From contig NC_091286.1 of assembly GCF_032444005.1 (NCBI RefSeq), positions 419,120,001 through 419,184,000 on the forward strand: a DNA stretch of 64,000 bases. Direction: 5' to 3'. This DNA is from Ranitomeya imitator. Taxonomy: Eukaryota. Below, piece by piece: positions 21,169-34,025 of this stretch. Position 1 is the first letter of the stretch; every line of letters begins with the position of its first letter. Position numbers and translations under genes: made by a program. The notes under the pieces were generated by a model, which did not search any database, was not told where the DNA came from, and worked only from the letters and a program-made list of their open reading frames with translations.

Positions 21169-23990
21169 CAGTGGGTACGTAAAGTATTCAGAGCCCTTTA
21201 CATTTTTCATTCTTTGCTTCATTGCAGCCATTTGGTAAATTCAAAAAATATCATTTTTTCTCATTAATGTACACTCTGCACCCCTTCTTGACTGAAAACA
21301 ACAGAAATGTAAACATTTTTGCAAATTTATTAATAAAGAAAAACAAATATCACATGGTCATAAGTATTCAGACCCTTTGCTCGGTATTGAGTAGAAGCAC
21401 CTTTTTAGCTAGTACAGCTATGAGTCTTCATGGGAATGATGCAACAAGTTTTTCACACCTGAATTTGGGAATTTTTTGCCATTCTTCCTTGCAGATCCTC
21501 TCCAGTTCCGTCAGGTTGGATGGTGAGCGTTGGTGGACATCCATTTTCAGGTCTCTCCAGAGATGCTCAATTGGGATTAGGTCAGGGCTCTGGCTGGGCC
21601 AATCAAGAATGGTCACAGAGTTATTCTGAAGCCACTCCTTTGTTATTTTTAGCTGTGTGCTTAGGGCCATTATCTTGTTGGACGGTGAACCTTCGGCCAA
21701 GTCTGAGGTCCAGAGCACTCTGGAAGGGGTTTTCATTCAGGATATCTCTGTACTTGGCCACATTTTCTTGAAAGACAACCAGTCGTCCTGTCCCTGCAGC
21801 TGAAAAACACCCCATAGCATGATGCTGCCACCACCATGTTTCACTGTTGGCATTGTATTGGGCAGGTGATGAGCAATGCCTGGCTTTCTCCACACATACT
21901 GCTTAGAATTATCACCAAAAAGGTCTATCTTCGTCTCATCAGACCAGAGAATCTTATTTCTCATAGTCTGGGAGTCCTTCATGTGTTATTTAACAAACTC
22001 TATGTGGGCTTTCATATGTCTTGCACTAAGGAGAGGATTCTGTCGGGCCACACTGCCATAAAGGCCTGACTGGTGGAGGGCTGCAGTGATAGTTGACTTT
22101 GTGGAACTTTCTCCCATCCCCCTACTGCAGCTCTGGAGATCAGCCACAGTGATCTTGGGGTTCTTCTTTACCTCTCTCACCAAGGCTCTTCTTCCATGAT
22201 TGCTCAGTTTGGGTGGACAGCCAGGTCTAGGAAGACTTCATCGCAGGTCCTACACTCAATGCATTCTTAGGAACGGAGGCAGACGCTTGCACAGTTGAGA
22301 GCCAGGGTCCGTCGGAGGGGGTGAGTATATCCATATTTTTTATTTTTATTCTTTATTTTTTACATTGATATGGATCCCAGGGCCTGAAGGAGAGTCCTCT
22401 GCTCCAGACCCTGGGAACCATACGCACTGCACACGCCGTATAACAGGCATGTCAAACACGCGTCCTGCGGGCCGCATGCGGCCCTTTACAGGCATATCTG
22501 CGGCCCGCACAAAAGTCTCAAACTTTGTCTGTAAACACAAAGTTTGAGACTTTTGTGCGGGCCACAGATGCTCAAAACTTCACGATCAGCACTTCCGGCT
22601 CTTCATTCATTGGCCGATATCCCTGCATATGACCTGCTTACGTGATCAGCAGCCGACCAACTAGCTCCGTGTCAATCCATGACGTGTGTACTTTGGTCGG
22701 CTGCTGATCACGTAAGCAGTTCATATGCACGGATGTGGGCCAATGAATGAAGAGCCGGAAGTGCTGATCGCACGTTTTGTACTGCTGTGGCTCACGTTGC
22801 TGCTGATCACCGTCAGGAAGGCTGAGAGTGACGGATACTGTGACCGAGGAAGAAGGGACAAAAGTCCAAGTAAGTGAGTGGCCCTCCTGTACACAGGCTT
22901 TCCCAGCTCATGTGTGCGTGTCTGTAAGCTCCTCTCCTTGTATAAGAGGGTTAACATTTATTCTATTATCGGTAATATTAGTGTTATTTAACCGTTAACC
23001 CCTTCCCGACCTTTGACGCCACGTAGGCGTCATGAAAGTCGGTGCCAATCTGACCCATGATGCCTATGTGGCGTCATGGAAAGATCGCGTCCCTGAAGAT
23101 CGGGTGAAAGGGTTAACTCCCATTTCACCCGATCTACAGGGACAGGGGGAGTGGTAGTTTAGCCCAGGGGGGGGGGGGGCTTTTCCACCCCCCGTGGCTA
23201 CGATCGCTCTGATTGGCTGTTGAAAGTGAAACTGCCAATCAGAGCGATTTGTAATATGTCACCTATTAAAACTGGTGAAATATTACAATCCAGCCATGGC
23301 CGATGCTGCAATATCATCAGCCATGGCTGGAAACACTAATGTGCCCACACCCCACCGATCGCTAAACCGCTGCGGATTTATGGCGGATTTACCGCGGTTT
23401 TTCTGCGCATTTCACTGCGGTTTTACAACTGCGATTTTCTATTGGAGCAGTTGTAAAACCGCTGCGGAATCCGCAGAAAGAAGTGACATGCTGCAGAATG
23501 TAAACCGCTGCGTTTCCGTGCAGTTTTTCTGCAGCATGTGTACAGCGATTTTTGTTTCCCATAGGTTTACATTGAACTGTAAACTCATGGGAAACTGCTG
23601 CGGATCCGTTTTTAATTGCTGTATTTTTGTTGAATATAATAGTTGCTGTTGTTCACTGCAAATATATGTTGCTGTTACATTCATATCTTGTTTTCATTGA
23701 CTGCTGTTAAAATACGTGTGCGGCCCTCGCAACAACCTCTTGTTACTTATGTGGCCCTTGGGGTACCCCGAGTTTGACATGCCTGCCGTATAAGATGACT
23801 GGGCGTATAAGATGACCCCCGTCTTATACGGCGGGTATATCCCAAATTCCATATTTTATATGGAAAAGTTGGGGGTCGTCTTATACTTATACACCAGAAA
23901 ATATGGTACTTTTTTGAATTTACCAAATGGCTGCAATGAAACAAAGAGTGAAAAATTTAAAAGGGGTCTGAATAATTTCCGTACCCACTG
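21169..23990 (-). mobile_element. Decayed Tc1 element with nested MITEs
   Basis: TIRs CAGTGGGTACG / CGTACCCACTG. Frameshifted transposase pieces ([29 protein letters not shown]) lie at about 21430-22240, interrupted from about 22240 to 23906. Confidence 0.85.
22444..23785. mobile_element. hAT-type non-autonomous element
   Basis: TIR CAGGCATGTCAAAC and a perfect 8-bp TSD CCGTATAA (22436-22443, 23786-23793); internal hairpin at about 22580-22770. Confidence 0.88.
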
Positions 23991-24574
23991 TATGCATGTT
24001 TGGTATCTTCGTAATTGTATTGACCCGGAGAATCATTCTGCCAAGTAATTTTTACTGTTTGTGTACAAAAACAATATTGTGGAATTGTGCTTTTTTGGCC
24101 AACTTGAATCCTGCCTCCCCCCGCTTTCCAGTATCAAATGAGAAAATAAATGGTGTCATTCAAAGATACAACTTGTTACGGCCACCCCCTTTCAGGGCTT
24201 ATATACAGCATTCTATAATGGTGCAGAGCAGATGATAGGTTTTGTAAAGTGACACAACTAAATAAACTTACCTGCACTGCCCATTCTCATTAACCCATAT
24301 TGACTCATACAAGAGGATGGACCAGGAGATCAGAGCTGTCTTTCATCACATCTCACACACTGAGAAACCTGCTCTAAGCTAGGGTGGGTGTTCCTTCCTT
24401 CGAGTGTTGTTGCTTGCTTATGATTAGCATTATACAGGGAGAAGAAAGTACATATCCCCAGAAAAACTGTCTGATAACTTTTTTTTCTAAGTTCAAGTGA
24501 GTGTTAACTCATTAGGTGCCAAATAATTTGTTAATATTGCCAATATATTTTATCGTACAGACTTCAGGTAATAC

Positions 24575-24670
24575 CTTTAGGTATTGGATAGCTTTCTGGA
24601 CATTCCAGGCATGGTTCTGCAGAGCTCTCTGGCATTCTTCTGTTGTCACACCATGGACCGTGTCCTGAAC
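24575..24670 (-). CDS. TNK2: TNK2 exon, UBA N-terminal half ([32 protein letters not shown])
   Basis: TTTTAG acceptor, GTATT donor, 96 nt, phase 0. Confidence 0.93.
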
Positions 24671-25000
24671 CTAAAAAAGGGAAAAGGTCCGTGAAGTAAC
24701 ATCACAAATAGATTTAATCACCTTCAAAATAAATAACTGATGATAAATACATTGGTTTATCTTCTAGCACTTATTAAGAGGTTCAGAATGTCTTTAAGCT
24801 TTGTGAATAATCTAAGTAACGCTTGGTTCAGAACTGTGATTTGTTATTGTTCGACCTAAACAGATTGACAATTAACATCAGACTTCTAAACCATCACCCT
24901 CTACCCTAAAAAACCCAAGGCGCATATCATAAAAGCAGAACTAATGAAGAAAACTAAGGCAATAATTTCTAATATTTTTTGTGCAATTGATTTATTTACT

Positions 25001-26847
25001 TTTCTTTATCGCCTCTCATTGGGGGAGACAGGAACCATGGTGTATGCTGCTGCCACTAGGAGGCTGACACTATGCAAATAAAAAAGTTAGCTCCTCCTCT
25101 GCAGTGTACACCCCACCGACTGGCATTATACTCTTCAGTTTAGCTTAGTGTCAGTAGGAGGTGGACACGGGTCTTTCATTAGACCCTTATCTACCTCAAT
25201 GTGCGTCGTTTTCTTTCAGTTTTCCTCGGAGGGATACAGGGTGAACAGTCACACCTGTATTCCCACAAGCGGACTATGAGTACGGTGTGTACTGCCACCC
25301 CGTATCCTCACAGATCCCTCACCAGGACCAAGATCCTGGCACACCAGCGTGCTCAGAAGTCCGGTCCTGGCTCCGTCCCCCACCCACTCGCCCACCAGAG
25401 CCTGTCGGTTGGAGGAGACGAGGACGTCCATCAGCCCTGGATGTCTCACCCTCTTTTAAGGTTAGTACGGCGTGGGATGTTTTTTAGGTGAGTATTTCCC
25501 CTATCCCATCCCAGATCCTATGGTTTTTTCCCTGCCTTCTCTTTTGGCCTTCCTTCAGGCAGGACTGGATTCGGGCCTGGCTCTTAGTTCCCTGAAGGGT
25601 CAGGTCTCTGCGCTTTCCATCCTCTTTCAGAAGACCTTGGCCTCTCGGCCACAGATTAAGACCTTCTTTCAGGGGGTAGCCCACGCCGTCCCGCCGTACA
25701 GGGCCCCTGTGGAGGCATGGGACCTAAACCTGGTACTGGACGTTTTGAAGGTTTCTCCCTTTGAACCTCTTAGGGAGATTCCTCTATCAGTTTTATCTTG
25801 GAAGGTGGCCTTTCTTGTGGCCATCACGTCCATTCGCCGCGTTTCCGAGCTGGCGGCACTGTCTTGCCGCCCTCCGTTTTTGGTCATTCACCAGGACAAG
25901 GTGGTCTTCCGACCTCCACCTTCTTTTCTTCCTAAGGTGGTTTCCACCTTCCACCTCAACGAGGACATCGTTCTACCTTCCTTTTGTCCAGCTCCGACTC
26001 ATCCTCTGGAGCGATCGTTGAACAAGCTGGACCTAGTCAGGGCAGTGAGGATTTATCTGGATAGAACATCCTCTTTCCGGAAGACGGATTCATTTTTCGT
26101 CATTCCTGATGGCACGCGCAGAGGCCAGCCGGCTTCTAAAGCGACTATTGCTCGCTGGATCAGAACGGCAATTTTGGAGGCTTACCGGGTCAAGAACAGA
26201 GTGCCCCCTCCTGGGATTAAGGCTCACTCTACCCGGGCAGTCGGCGCCTCCTGGGCGGTGCACCACAGGGCTTCCGCCCTACAGCTTTGCAAAGCGGCAA
26301 CTTGGTCTTCCATCCACACGTTCGCCAAATTTTACAAGGTCCATACCTACGCATCGGCGGACGCCAGCCTAGGCAGAAGGATCCTGCAGGCGGCAGTGGT
26401 GAGTCCTCTGACCTGATGGAAGTCTGTTTTCCCGCCCTTGGGACTGCTTTGGGACGTCCCATGGTTCCTGTGTCCCCCAATGAGAGGCGATAAAGAAAAC
26501 AGGATTTTTGGTTGCTTACCGTAAAATCTGTTTCTTGAAGCCTCCATTGGGGGACACAGCTCCCTCCCAATGTTTTCTGTTGTTATCTGTTCTATGACTG
26601 TTCTCACGTTACAGTTCTCAAGTTGTGGTTATGGTTTTTCAACCTTGTTTCATTATCTCCTACTGCTTTCTCACTAACTGAAGAGTATAATGCCAGTCGG
26701 TGGGGTGTACACTGCAGAGGAGGAGCTAACTTTTTTATTTGCATAGTGTCAGCCTCCTAGTGGCAGCAGCATACACCATGGTTCCTGTGTCCCCCAATGG
26801 AGGCTTCAAGAAACAGATTTTACGGTAAGCAACCAAAAATCCTGTTT
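25001..26847 (+). mobile_element. DIRS1-like tyrosine-recombinase retroelement, internally deleted
   Basis: Inverted terminal repeats (about 25001-25141 and 26675-26798 plus a right extension to about 26847). An internal complementary region 26459-26559 matches both ends. No TSD; T-run target. Confidence 0.92.
25472..26416 (+). CDS. DIRS tyrosine recombinase (first ATG at 25520)
   Basis: LLAFLQ..L..SSLKGQVSAL core-binding region, SIRRVSEL (catalytic R), AHSTR (HxxR), ATWSS (W) and FAKFY (catalytic Y); no internal stop. Confidence 0.9.
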   Translation: MGCFLGEYFPYPIPDPMVFSLPSLLAFLQAGLDSGLALSSLKGQVSALSILFQKTLASRPQIKTFFQGVAHAVPPYRAPVEAWDLNLVLDVLKVSPFEPLREIPLSVLSWKVAFLVAITSIRRVSELAALSCRPPFLVIHQDKVVFRPPPSFLPKVVSTFHLNEDIVLPSFCPAPTHPLERSLNKLDLVRAVRIYLDRTSSFRKTDSFFVIPDGTRRGQPASKATIARWIRTAILEAYRVKNRVPPPGIKAHSTRAVGASWAVHHRASALQLCKAATWSSIHTFAKFYKVHTYASADASLGRRILQAAVVSPLT

Positions 26848-28622
26848 TTTTGTACTGCCAAACCCCCCATGCAAGTACATTATTTTCCTATACTACTGTG
26901 GTTGAAGTGGAAAAAATCCTTGAAGAGTAATCCCCGATTTAATTTTAAAATTATCAGAGAAATTTGCTTCCTTCTCCTCCTGGACTGATCTTACATTCTC
27001 AATGGTAGAATATGTATTCAGGGAAGACAGATTTTCACATTACTGAAAAGGTGACAGGTGTGGCTTTTAAAATTCTATGGAGAAGGAAGGTGGAAGAGCA
27101 AGAGGCAGACAGAGATGTGCTGCAAATTCGCCAACTATCATCTCCAATCTCAATAATGGGAAAATCTATCTATTTTTTTTATTTTGAAAGATCAATTCAG
27201 ATGGAGAAGGAAGCCGATTAGAAAGGTATAGTGCAAAGTTTCTTATTTTCACATGTACTATTGATTTAGAGAAAAAAAATACTAAATAAAACGACAATTT
27301 AAATATAAAGTAGGAAACTTTGCCGTACAATTGTATTTGAAAAGAAGACCCACATAACTAAAAAGACTGCCAAAACAGACCTTTCATCAGTTTAAGCATG
27401 TGAAACTGGCTACATCGTGGAATAGTAGATGCAGAGATGATTAAAACGTAGTTTTTATTTTTTCATTTGGTCCTCAGTAAGAAAAAGATAGCTTGTAAAG
27501 TTTAGGTTTTAGTTCAACTGGGCGTTATATGAGATTTGTCTGGGGCGTGTACTTCTTTCCCTACATGAGGCTGACCAATCATAAGCAGGCAGCATCACAC
27601 AGAAGAAAAAACAAACATTCCTCTCCTCATTGATCTCTGCAACTACAGTATAGAGATACAGCAGAGATGAGTTATGGATTAGAGTTTCAGATCTCATTTC
27701 ACACGGCTGTCATCTCTCACCCTTCCCCACACTGGCTGCCATGATCTGGAAGGGTATGTAATGATAAATAACTCTAGAATGCAGCTACTCTGTAAAGATG
27801 AAGCAAAGCGGAGTTATGTATCATTTCAAACATTTCCAGATCTCAGTGTTGTCAACTGTTAACTTCCCCAACGCTGTCTGCCATAAATTGAGATCTGGAA
27901 CGGTTTGCAATTATACATTACTCAGCTCTGATGTATTTATGTGCAGTAGATGCAGAGACAACTGAGGAGATGACGGTGTGCCATTTTTTTCTCCTGTGTG
28001 TTGCTGCCTGTTTATGGTTTGGTCAACCTCATGCAGTGGGAGAAAAGCATGCCCGGAGAGAAATCTGTGGTAACACTCAGTTGAACTAGAACAAATTCTA
28101 ACCTAAACTTTACATGCTAATATCTTCACAACAGAGAGGAGAAATTAAAAAATAAAAAACACATTTTACTCAGTTGGGCGGCCAATATTCCATTATTTGG
28201 TCAGTTATCAAGTTGAAACTGATGAAAGGTCCTCTTTAAAGGGATTTCCCATAAAGAAACTTTTTTTTTTTTATAAACCTTTGTGCTAGCATAACTTTTT
28301 AGATATACAGTGTACTGTGCAAAACCTGGGTTAGCTCTATACATTGCATGCCACTTTTCATCCCTCACTGTGCTGCATCTTTTCATTCAGTAAAATGGGT
28401 GGTACAGCATCAGTTATGACCACAGTTTTAGCCTAGGAATCTACATTTCCCATTCTACATAGCCTATCTTCCTGGCTCTCCCCTTCACACTTCTGTGCTG
28501 TGTACAGCTAACATTTGCCCATCCCGCTCACGTTCTTGACACTAAAAGCAGTATAGATGTGCAAGTTTTGGCTCCTTTTTAAATACCACCTCTGTTTTTC
28601 ATGATGAAACTGCCCCCAGTAA

Positions 28623-29042
28623 GGCTACTTTCACACTAGCGTTAACTGCAATCCCTCACAATGCGTCGTTTTGCAGAAAAAACGCATCCTGCAAAAGTGC
28701 TTGCAGGATGCGTTTTTTCCCCATAGACTTGTGTTGACGACGCATTGCGACGGATTGCCACACGTCGCATCCGTCGTGCGACAGATGCGTCGTGCTTTGG
28801 CGGACCGTCGGGAGCAAAAAACGCTACATGTAACGTTTTTTGCTCCTGACGGACCGCCTTTTCCGGCCACGCATGCGCGGCCGGAACTCCGCCCCCACCT
28901 CCCCGCACCTCACAATGGGGCAGCAGATGCGCCGGAGAAATGCATCCGCTGCCTCCGTTGTGCAGTGCGTTAAACGCTAGCGTCGGAATCTCTGCCTGAC
29001 GCATTGCGACGGGGAGATTCCGACGCTAGTGGGAAAGTAGCC
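28623..29042. mobile_element. Harbinger-type MITE
   Basis: TIR GGCTACTTTC(A/C)CACTAGCG and TAA TSD; sister copy at 40353-40741. Confidence 0.88.
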
Positions 29043-30419
29043 TAACAATATCCCCTGCTTGATCTGCCTCACTGCCTGACATCAAATTGCTGCATCGTTC
29101 CCTCCATACACACATGCTCCTGCCCCTTGAAGTACTCCTCACTTTCAGGGCTTTCCCCGGACACCAGCTCTTCAGTGAGCTGTTCCCTGATTATTCCTTT
29201 GTCTCCCAGTAGTTATCTGTGTCAGAGGAATAATATAGATGTTAATACTCAGGCATAGAAGATCCACTTATTTCTTAAGGTACGGTTTTATTTTTTTTAT
29301 TATAAGAAACTATTAAGAGTGCCAATAATTCTGACCACAGATGTATAACACACAGCAAGTACAGCAGCATTTAGCTCATTTCAACGCATGGCCATGCTGA
29401 AACCACATGTCCAGTTCCAGCCCAATCACTTTTCAAAACCTACTGCATTAACTTGATTTCAACCATTTTCTCCAACTTTAAATCCCCTAAAGTAATGTGA
29501 CATTAGGAAAAAATAATTTTAGAAATATTTTTATCTGCGTCCTCTAAAATAGATAGTAATACACGACTGCAAGCTGAGATGACTCCTGGGATTTTAGTAG
29601 TCTGTAAACATGGAGACAAGCTGTAAAAAAATGGTGGGATATTTGGAATCAAGACCATTAGCAAAGTTGCTTAATGTTATTTTAGATAAATTGGAGCAAT
29701 AGCAATGTGCATGGAGCCTTTAAAGGTCGCCATAACGATCTTGCCAATGATTTAATATGTGCGGGCTACTACGCCTATAAATCTTGGTATCTCGTACTTG
29801 AGTAAATTATTAACACACAGATCACATGTCAACGTCCCATTGCCATATTTATGTGTATAGCAAACAAGCTCTTCTCAGGTATTAAACATTGTAAATACAG
29901 ACTTCCCGCATGAGGAACTGACAGCAGTGAATGGTCTCACACGTCCGAGGATCAGGGGTCCTCATTTCCAGATACCGTACAGTTTCGTATGCTGAAACGG
30001 TCCTTACCATCATATCTACTAATCACATCAATTAATCTTATTTTGTATCAGTAGCTACTGGGTACACTTCATCTGTATTATGATCTAAATGGGAACGATT
30101 CTCCTTGTGGAGAGTGCCAAACAAGCGTAAGGAGACTTATAGGCCATGCAATGCTCATCTGGGAATTTAAATATGCAAACAGACCCTTCAGAAAGAAGAG
30201 GACTTGAAACCTGTGTCTGCAAATGTTTTGCATTTCTGGTTTGGCTTCTTATCCCAAGTCATTTGGCAGGGCTCCATAAAAGGACAATATTGACTATTAG
30301 GATTGCTACATCCAATAGGTGGCACCAGAGATCAAGTCCTCTTCCTTCTGAAGAGGCCATTTACATCATCCCCCCCTTGGCTTTTTACTTATTTTGCTAC
30401 ATTACAACCTTTGTTTAAA

Positions 30420-30830
30420 TATTTTTGTAATCCGATTTGTATGTGATGCATCCATCGGCAATAAAGTCTTAGTTGGTGAAATGAAGTGAGAAAAATATAG
30501 GCATAAATTAAGTTTATGGGAACAAAATAACTAAAAATTTGCATGTGCATGTGCATTCATCCCTTTTGCTTTGAAGCCCCTAAAAATTTCTAGTACAGGC
30601 AATTACCTTCATAAGTCACATGCTTAGTGAAAGGAAGTCCACCTGTGTGCAATCTAAGTGTCACATTGTCTTTCAGTATATACACACCTTTCTGAAAGGC
30701 CACAGAGGCTGCAACACCATTAAGATAGAGGCATGAAGACCAAAAATCAAATCCATTATCATCAAATGGAAAGAACACGGTACCACAAGAAACCTGCCAT
30801 GAGAGGGCCACCAACCAAAACTATTAGTCC
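30420..30830 (+). mobile_element. Decayed Tc1-like 5' fragment
   Basis: Tc1-like leader ending in ATGAAGACCAA (MKTK..) without an intact ORF. Confidence 0.4.
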
Positions 30831-30845
30831 AGGCAAGGACATTAA

Positions 30846-32052
30846 CCCCTTTCCAACATCGGGCAAAATAGTGCGCCGATGTCAGACTCCCCCGTTTGGT
30901 GCGGGCCCGGCGCTGAGCCCACACCTTTCCGGGCACGTCAGCTGATGTATACAGCTGGCATGTGTCCGCAACAGCCGTGGGCGGAATCGCGATCCACCCG
31001 CGGCTGTTAACTAGTTAAATGAAGCTGTCAATTTCTGACAGCGGCATTTAACTTGCGCTTACCAGAAGCGTGTCGTTAATCCCACCCATCGGTAACCTCG
31101 TCACATGACTGCGGGTCACCAATGGGTCAGCATTACACCCAGAGGTCTGAAGCAAACCGCTATGGCTGTCATGGCCAGATTGCTATGCACGCCGCCCAGT
31201 GGTCGGCGCTTAAAGTAAGTGAGCATTTCTGCTATACACAGACAATTGAAGAAGTGCAGCTTCTAGTCTCGCATGGAGACTATTGAAGCATGCAAAAAGT
31301 AAAAATAAGATTTTAAAAATAAAAAAATACTTAAAAGTTCAAATCACCCCCCCTTCCACCTCATTCAAAATAAAATAAAAAAAAATAAAACATACATATA
31401 TTTGGTTCAGAATCGCCCGATCTAGCAGTATAAAAAAAATAATTAATCTGATCGCTAAATGACTTAACGAAAAAAAAAATTCAAAACCTTTTTTTGGTCG
31501 CTGCTACATTGCAATAAAATGCAATAACGGGTGATCAAAAGATCGCATCTACACGAAAATGGCATCAATAAAAACATCAGCTCGGCGTGCAAAAAATAAG
31601 CCCTCACCCAGCCCAGATCACAAAAAAATGGAGACGCTACAGGTCTCGGGAAAATGGAGCCATTTTGTTTTTTTTAACCAAACTTTGGATTTTTTTCTCA
31701 CCACTTAAATAAAACCAACTTAGATATGTTTGGTGTCTATGAACTCAATGGCCTGGAGAATCATTATGGCAGGTCAGTTTTAGCGTTTATTGTTCATGGC
31801 TTAGAAAAAAAAAAAAACAACTGTGCAATTGCACTTTTTTTTTGCAATTTCACCGCACTTGGAATTTTTTTCCGTTTTCCAGTACACGATATGCTAAAAC
31901 CAATGATGTCTTTCAAAAGTACAATTTGCCCTGCAAAAAACAAGCCCTCGCGTTGCTATATTGATTAAAAAATTAAAAAGTTATGGCTCTGGGAAGAAGG
32001 GGAGCAAAAAACAAAAATGTAAAAACGGAAATACCTCTGACTGTGAAGGGGG
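30846..32052. mobile_element. ~1.2-kb TTAA (piggyBac-type) MITE
   Basis: TTAA|CCCCTTTCC ... GAAGGGGG|TTAA; reverse orientation of 47751-49024 and 56159-57398. Confidence 0.85.
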
Positions 32053-32589
32053 TTAATCAGAGAGGCAGCACAGATACTAATGGTGACCTTGAAAAATCTC
32101 AAGAGTTCCTAAGCAGAAATTGGAATATCTGTCAATATGACCACAATGAGCCGTGCACTCAGCAGTGGTGGCCTGCTGTTTTACATGCTCCGTACCTGTA
32201 GAACCACATTACTTTACACAGAATTGGCTCTAGAACTGGATGGGAAGTTGGGAACCCGATAAGACAGAGCAGGATATGTGTCTCCTAGGGCACAGTAATG
32301 ATCAGCTTTGCAGCATGGACAGCAGATGTTTCATGATGCTATTTAGAAGCAAAAACTGCTAATTTATTTAGAAACAACATTTTTTTTAATCATCGGAAGT
32401 ATATTTTAATCTTACAGGAAAGATATATATCTTGGTACTGTACTACTTTAATCTTGACATACAATAACGTGCATTTACCTTTCCCACTCAATTGTAAAGT
32501 GCTGCGCTATATAAATAAACTTAATATTTCCAGATACAAGTTTTGCATTTTCACAACAGCATATTGTTAGGTAATGAGAGGAAACTCAC

Positions 32590-34025
32590 CTGTCGGATTA
32601 GATCTGAGTGCCTGAAGTTATCTGGGCCGTCATAAACAATTTTTTGCAAGCTGCAAGATGTCTTCACATAACTCTTGGATGAACAGTTGCTGTTGTTAGA
32701 TGAAAAGTTTGCTTTACCATCCGTCTGCTGCATCATTGGCCTTACAGTGGCTGTAGTGATGCTTTTGCTCACCGTTGTCTCCTCTGGACTTCCAGCCTCT
32801 TTTAAAAATTTATTAAATCTGTCCAAGTACGATGGTCTCTCAGGCAAAAGGTAGTAATGAGTATTGCTAACCTTCTTACCATCTTTTACAATAGGCAAGA
32901 TGCAAGGGCCCTTGGGAATGTCCTTACCCTGTGCTAATATAACTTTTGGGGTGGCATATTTAGGGTCTGAAGCAAAGCTTTGGGTGGTGGGCATAGGTTT
33001 TCCTGGAGAAGTAGAAAGTCCAACGCACATGGGAGAACAGAGGTTTGATCTCTGCTGTGGAGAACCTACATGGAAAGCCATAGGGCTAGGAGTCCTAGAT
33101 GATGGCTGGGACAATGGGTCCCGTGGTGGTAGTAAGGGTGCTCGCCCAACATCTTCAGCCCCAAAAGCAGGAGACAGCTCTCCAGACAAACGTTCATGCT
33201 CATTGCGTCTGACTGGTCTGGGGGGGATGGGAATGCGTGGTGGTATTTGTGGTTTGTCTTCCGAAAGTGTTACATTCATATTCGCAACAGATGAGCTTGG
33301 GCTAGGAGTTGATGCAAGAGAGGAGGAGAGAGGAACATTGAGCTTCTTCATGCATTCTTGCTGCAGCTCCTCAAATAGTTCAGAAGTTTGAGAAAAGGTG
33401 GACTGTTTCATATCCTTTGTAGGCAGGAACAGATTGTCCTCTATTCTAATCCTAACTTGGCCTCTCTCATTTTCTTGTACATAACCATAGTTGGTTTCTC
33501 CTTTGTCTCTGGCCTTCTGAAGTAGGTTTATCGATACTTTATCTCTGTTTTCCAAAACTTCAGGACTATTTATAGCGTATACTTCTAAATCATCATCATC
33601 TTGTGCCACCTCATCATAAGCTGGAGGAGCTGGAAGCGGTTTTGTATCCCAGTCAACCACAGGCGTTGGATGAAGAGGACGAGGAAGTGAGCGCGAGGGA
33701 CTTTGGGGAGGGGTTTTATCAAGTAATGAGAAGGCATCCATAGCCAATTTAGCTAAAGAAGGAGCAGTCTTTTCAGATATAGGAGAAATAAACCCTGGGC
33801 TTAATGGACTAATATCTTCTCCAAAGTCTATCAAAGCCACATCTCCTGAAGAAAAGCTGCAACTTTTAATTCCAAGAAGGTGCCGGTCAGTCACTTTGGT
33901 ACCCGCTACCCTTGCAGAAGGTTTAACCAATTTAAGTCCTTTGGTTGTGGTCTTCTTGAGGGAAAGCTTCTTGATTCCAGCTGACAGTGAGTCGTCCTCA
34001 CCGTTGATAGGATGATAAGTTGGTT
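32590..34025 (-). CDS. TNK2: TNK2 large exon (clathrin-binding LIDF, PPAY, proline-rich and MIG6-homology region)
   Basis: 1436 nt, TTTTAG acceptor and CAG|GTGAGT donor. Motifs LIDFGE, LPRPLHPTPVVDWD, PPAYDEVAQD, MPTTQSFASDPKYATP and CILPIVKDGKKVSNTHYYLLPERP. Confidence 0.97.

Noticed and set aside
32864-33391. 175-aa plus-strand ORF
   Set aside because: Antisense to the TNK2 large exon; explained by its codon structure.
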